A stretch of DNA of 64,000 nucleotides from Amphiscolops sp. MND2022 (Eukaryota), in the NCBI GenBank assembly GCA_964187785.1, contig OZ076409.1:50532001-50596000 (forward strand). The letters are read 5' to 3'. A program made the translations under genes and the position numbers. The notes under the pieces are model-generated. The model was not told the DNA's origin. It was given only the letters and a program-made list of their open reading frames with translations, and ran no database searches. This document shows positions 60,501 through 64,000 of the stretch, piece after piece. Numbering within the stretch: the first letter of the stretch is position 1; every line of letters begins with the position of its first letter.

Positions 60501-63500
60501 ATTGCCGCGGTGAAATTGGGAGCATTGTCTGACTGCATCCTCGTTGGCGTTCCATGGCGGGCAAACCACTTCTGCAACAACAACTTTGAAGTGGTCGCTG
60601 CATCATACTCATCGTGGTTACACGGCACAGCTTCTGCGAGCTTAGAGAAATGATCGATAATAACCAATATCCCTGTGTTACCATCATCAGAGGGACAAAT
60701 TTTCATGTGGTCATATTGGACTAGCTCGTTGAAATAACCGCTTTGGATATTCTTCAAGTGAAAGCGTACATCACCAGGCTTGTCGCGTACTTGTTGACAA
60801 GTGATACATTGGCTGACGTATTGTCCAATGGTGCGGCGGATGCCTGGCCAAGTGTGGCGCTCTTGAATTCTGGCCAAGACTTTCGCGATGCCCTGATGTC
60901 CCATCGCGTCGTGGGCCTTGAATAGTATCTCATGCTGATACAATTGTGGCATCACTATCATGCAGGGGCGTTCATGCAGAGCTCTTTGAGTTTTGGAGTA
61001 TTTTACACACAAAATCCCGTTGGCGTTTATCAGTAGAAGGTTCTTCTTCTGTTTGTGGTAGTTTTTGGCAAAGGCACGTACATTTTCCGGAAAGACGTCA
61101 TTATCTATTGATTCTTGCGTTACCAATTTCTTGATAGCCAATATATGGACGTCACGGTTTTGTGCTAGTAGTAGATCCTTCAACCCATGGACTGTGTTAG
61201 CATGTTCATGCAGTTCCATTGATATGCTGTTTACCACAAACGCGGCTTGTTTTACGTGCTCTGGTGCAGTGCTAGTTGCTTGCTTTTCCGTCAGTGGGTA
61301 AGTGGTTCTCGATGGTACGTTAGCAGCATGCGTGGGGAGTAGATAGTCTCGTTGATATTCCTCGGTCAGTTCTAACCAATCCTCAGGATATTCTGGATAA
61401 AGTTCGACAGGCAGTGTCAATTCTGGTTTTGGCAACGTAGGTAGAGGCGCTCTCATGGCTTCCTCGCGTATGGTTGCATTTCGTTTGCTTCCTCCGCTCT
61501 TTCGCGTGGGAGCGGCAACTGTGGTCTCGGGTGAACTTTGGCTACCCAACCTCTGCAAGTGTGCAGGCAATTCTGGGTGATTTGGTATCACACGTCCGTG
61601 GACATCGAACCATGGGGCGAGCGGGAGTTTGTTATATTCCTCCTGTGATAGGAAATCCCATTTGTCTGCAATTGTGGGTAAACCCTTTAGTTGCTTTTCG
61701 TGTTTTTTGTAATCATTTGTTCGTTTGCTAAGACCGTCAGCATTTCGATGTTGCGTTCTGGGTCGATGCTCAATGCTGAAGTGATATTTTTCAAGAGCCA
61801 TAATCCATCGACCGATAATTGCCTGATCCATCGAATATGTTTTTAGCCAGGATAGAGCCTGATTATCTACTCTCAATGTGAACTTTCGTGGACAGAGATA
61901 ACTGTGGTTTTTCAAGATGAAATAGTATGCAGCATACATTTCCAATTTTGGGGCTCCATACTTTGCTTGCGTAGCAGTTAATTTTTTGCTTCCGAATACA
62001 ATCGGTCGCAGTTTGCGACTCTCAGGTGGTCCTTGCCATTGGTGCAGAATACCCGATATAGCTACACCACTAGCATCTGTGTCGAGAACAAATTCGCCTT
62101 CAGTGTCAGGTTGCGCCAGAGCAGTGGCTTCCATTAGTGCCACTTTGATGCTGTTGAAGGCTCGCTGCTGCTCCTCCCCCCATAAAAATGAAGAGGCTCC
62201 TCCCGTTATCGCGTGTAAAGGAGCAACTAGTTTTGCATGCCACGGGATAAAATCTCGATAGTAGTTGGCAAAACCCAAGAAACTTTGCAATTCAGTCTTG
62301 GTTCGCGGGATATCCCATTCTTTCAGCTTGATGACAGCTTTTGGATCTGGCTTGATACCATCTGCAGATACTACCCGGCCCAAATATTTGATCTCCGATT
62401 TCATGAAGTCACACTTGGAGACTCTCATTTTGAACCCGGCCTCACGCAGGCATTGGAATACTTCGCGTAGTCTGTCCATGTGATCCTCGATGGTCTCGGT
62501 AGCAATCACAATGTCATCGATGTAGGCCATAACCATACTTCCTTCACGGTTCACTATTCTTTGTAGCGCTCGCGCTATTGCCCGTTGAAATGTTGCTGAT
62601 GCGTTACACATACCAAAAGGCATACGCCGCCACTCAAATAACCCAAGTTCACAAGCGAAGGCAGTCTTTTGACGATCGGCTTTTCGGACAGGAATTTGCC
62701 AGAATGCCCACGCCAAGTCAATACTAGTATAGATTTTGGCTTTGCCCAATCTGGATAGACTTTCATCGATACGTGGCAAGGGATAAGCGTCTTTGATGGT
62801 CACTTCATTAAGTGGTCGAAAGTCACAACAGAATCGCAACTCACCACTCTTCTTTTTGACCATGACAATTCCACTCGCCCAAGGGGATAGGGAAGGTTGT
62901 ATCATTCCCAAAGCTAGCAGGTCACGGACTTCTTGGTTAGCACGTTCTGCCTTGTCAGGCGACATTCGTCTTGCACCTTCGCGGTGAGGTACAGCCCCTG
63001 GCTCTACTTCCACCGGGTGCTTAGCGATTTTACACTTGCCAATATCGGCTTTGAATTTCATAAACAAATCATCAAATTCATTCAAAAGTTTACTAAGCGT
63101 GTCGCTGGCGGTCGATCCCCACAAACCGCGCACTTCGTCGAGTTGTGCTTCCGGGCCCGGTATCGGAGCCATTAACGCCGGATCGGTTCGTTTTTTTACT
63201 TCGCGCTCGGACAAGCCTAGTTCTGACGGTTCGGTAGAGGACAAAAACTCAAATTCAGATGAAGAACTATATTCAGAAGAAGAATCAAGGTTCATCTGTT
63301 CGTAAACTTTACAAACATAATTTGCATTTGACTGCTGAGTTTCACTTGATTGTCCGGGGACAATCTGGGGGATGGCTTTATGAACCATTGTTACGGGTAC
63401 CGCGGTTCCTAAAAGGGTGCCCTTTTTAATCCGCTGCACGTTGCTGGTAAGATTTCCTAAACTGACGTAAAGGAAGCCAGTCTCCCCCACGGTCGCCACG

Positions 63501-64000
63501 GTGTCCTCTAAAAAGATGGCGTTTTTTAACATTCGGTTAGATGTTTGGAAATTGATTAGCACGGTTCGAAATATGAAAGGTTCTAAGTTGTCTACAAGCA
63601 ATTTAGCGCGTAGTATTGCGCGTTCAAAAGGTTGCAACACTACGTCCTGTGCAATCGCCACCGATGAATTGAGTGATTCGTTACTTACTTGTGTGTGGGC
63701 ATGGTACCACACTGGTTCAGACGGAGCTCGGACAATGACCTTCATCGCGGTTAAATCCACCAAGACTTGATAAGCTCTTAGGAAGTTTCTGCCCAGGAGG
63801 AAGTCTTCCACTCCCATGGCGTCATCGACTACCACGAAGTTAGTTTCCAGTTCGTAGCCTCCCAATTGGAACTTGACTTTCTCCGCTAGACCAAAAGTTT
63901 TGATCGTTTTCCCATTCGCGGCATACAAGTCAATACCATAAGGTCGTAGGAGTGTCCCAGTGCGCACAGCGACTCGATTGTAGGCTGAGAAGGTGAGGAT
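57536..64000 (-). CDS. pol: Gypsy Pol polyprotein: C-terminal protease half, dUTPase-like spacer, reverse transcriptase, RNase H, integrase and a long C-terminal extension
   Basis: ORF of >=2143 aa, open to the window edge (ILTFSAY...). Protease tail FLLGRNFL. RT motifs SPWASGIVMVKKK, CDFRPLN, YPLPRID, MPFG, YIDD (~62515). RNase H DTDAS (~62075) and RVDNQAL. Integrase HDAMGH...CITC (~60790-60915), D-D-E (QYDH, QSDN, VERQNR) and GPY/F-like WRGPHKV. TAA at 57536. Confidence 0.97.
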   Translation of the reverse strand: MLTFSAYNRVAVRTGTLLRPYGIDLYAANGKTIKTFGLAEKVKFQLGGYELETNFVVVDDAMGVEDFLLGRNFLRAYQVLVDLTAMKVIVRAPSEPVWYHAHTQVSNESLNSSVAIAQDVVLQPFERAILRAKLLVDNLEPFIFRTVLINFQTSNRMLKNAIFLEDTVATVGETGFLYVSLGNLTSNVQRIKKGTLLGTAVPVTMVHKAIPQIVPGQSSETQQSNANYVCKVYEQMNLDSSSEYSSSSEFEFLSSTEPSELGLSEREVKKRTDPALMAPIPGPEAQLDEVRGLWGSTASDTLSKLLNEFDDLFMKFKADIGKCKIAKHPVEVEPGAVPHREGARRMSPDKAERANQEVRDLLALGMIQPSLSPWASGIVMVKKKSGELRFCCDFRPLNEVTIKDAYPLPRIDESLSRLGKAKIYTSIDLAWAFWQIPVRKADRQKTAFACELGLFEWRRMPFGMCNASATFQRAIARALQRIVNREGSMVMAYIDDIVIATETIEDHMDRLREVFQCLREAGFKMRVSKCDFMKSEIKYLGRVVSADGIKPDPKAVIKLKEWDIPRTKTELQSFLGFANYYRDFIPWHAKLVAPLHAITGGASSFLWGEEQQRAFNSIKVALMEATALAQPDTEGEFVLDTDASGVAISGILHQWQGPPESRKLRPIVFGSKKLTATQAKYGAPKLEMYAAYYFILKNHSYLCPRKFTLRVDNQALSWLKTYSMDQAIIGRWIMALEKYHFSIEHRPRTQHRNADGLSKRTNDYKKHEKQLKGLPTIADKWDFLSQEEYNKLPLAPWFDVHGRVIPNHPELPAHLQRLGSQSSPETTVAAPTRKSGGSKRNATIREEAMRAPLPTLPKPELTLPVELYPEYPEDWLELTEEYQRDYLLPTHAANVPSRTTYPLTEKQATSTAPEHVKQAAFVVNSISMELHEHANTVHGLKDLLLAQNRDVHILAIKKLVTQESIDNDVFPENVRAFAKNYHKQKKNLLLINANGILCVKYSKTQRALHERPCMIVMPQLYQHEILFKAHDAMGHQGIAKVLARIQERHTWPGIRRTIGQYVSQCITCQQVRDKPGDVRFHLKNIQSGYFNELVQYDHMKICPSDDGNTGILVIIDHFSKLAEAVPCNHDEYDAATTSKLLLQKWFARHGTPTRMQSDNAPNFTAAISAEFMKAAQVTKVTSTAGHPRTQGLVERQNRTLLTLLRVFCSRRMRDWDQYLDEVMGAYNSTRHATTGFSPYMLTRGMEKAIPLTFLYPEFATQSFESHEAYVEHVLARQQEIHDLVRRNTHQAQQRQKLKYDRAIRAKAYEVGEPVWVFCRYIPQKGSPKLMRAWRGPHKVARVLQEGRVYILDTGQKVHFERLKPHHGGPTEWAAVPAHNGEVAIIMDPDPEQSHEEVRDDASQPSYRAEEPISEASNASLPSRQRHWMDTRLRTHMRAGGSRLYYQQFGYSSTESDDERSDVLLSSAQANPDESVILSSQVDEPAPIPEMPISPLPAMEALFSENEAVPDALDVAPNPDIHVPTESAATSLTGTSAPLLTNPSLTDMLSNFPIWPLIDDNDLNPTLDDDGADTPTTNNEKGSIPPATNPINNDAATTTKLPNAPRGRGPRGRPPGRARPRASLPRGHQRRGAIRGARKRGRPRGRPPRTTHARPNTPTHVRNTPSMDTDSSAPSAAVTSDQAAPPESTNARYGLRRNRIPRYRCGTCGLRNCECNYMIHAGFPIKSQGVLLALEQEKSLPSGMVDRLVIRAEKTYTGLQRSDTPYPVDYILSKMNDSTIAKAPCPRFKEWTYDLVGLEFTLPITVPPLPTNIVFGPFNYEREPIQMIRCIPADLLYDKYNVTAKPGDVYQPTSNWWLLVTAKQASDLVHPTNLNTCLESLRTMASPDKITCFHTIDLYRGKIKFEWWLELIIAVLSNFSRIRFLDEWTHSFPSPVSLQSALHALDTWSRANIDNQSLPRSVWQDLGAIKGLLPNACDDALFKDPGRELVYHGAARPQLVDYVQYANTDFLQTPHHIVLCCPANLETSSAALRYVIREHGADAIFQLRPEVGNIVTLPTSLIDGHPQTIHLLITRATPRCPMLADILFGCLDHLKTLLERLEAIEVHFTIVDPERPIRNLFDFYACLMDVFADTPLTVVLHDRVYVSIASVASFP

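Larger units (their letters stand above)
51191..64000 (-). mobile_element. Ty3/Gypsy LTR retrotransposon, 5'-truncated by the window edge (pol, extra ORF(s), 3' UTR, PPT, 3' LTR)
   Basis: Uninterrupted pol with the Gypsy domain order PR-RT-RH-IN. A purine-rich PPT (CCCCGGGGAGTGTA on minus) abuts a TG...CA LTR at 51191-51926. Confidence 0.95.

Noticed and set aside
53085..63770. Many short plus-strand ORFs over the Gypsy element
   Set aside because: Antisense shadows of long GC-richer coding sequence, with no motifs.

Overview
This is AT-rich, repeat-dense eukaryotic (invertebrate-like) DNA, and I cannot support any host protein-coding gene in it. The right end (51191-64000, minus strand, 5' part outside the window) is a Ty3/Gypsy LTR retrotransposon with an unusual payload. 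Its intact pol (PR-RT-RNaseH-IN) carries a ~800-aa C-terminal extension with AT-hook-like motifs, a Cys cluster and two tandem degenerate TARG1/OARD1-type macrodomains. A large non-env third ORF follows, proline-rich and then SGNH-hydrolase-like, split by a -1 frame break (~1455 aa if joined), and then the PPT and 3' LTR. A related gag/pol-less LTR element (9914-18480, minus) shares its cis signals. It carries an orphan 476-aa ORF, three diverged ~727-bp internal repeats and a displaced tRNA-Arg-type PBS. A 3889-bp tandem duplication copies its 5' LTR, and a mosaic solo LTR lies at 36719-37450. The rest of the window holds CCC...GGG MITEs, a small hAT element encoding only a CGGBP1-like DNA-binding domain (inserted in a decayed piggyBac), a DINE-1/HINE-like dispersed repeat, several long palindromes and a microsatellite. 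All domain calls are by-eye motif comparisons, not database searches.
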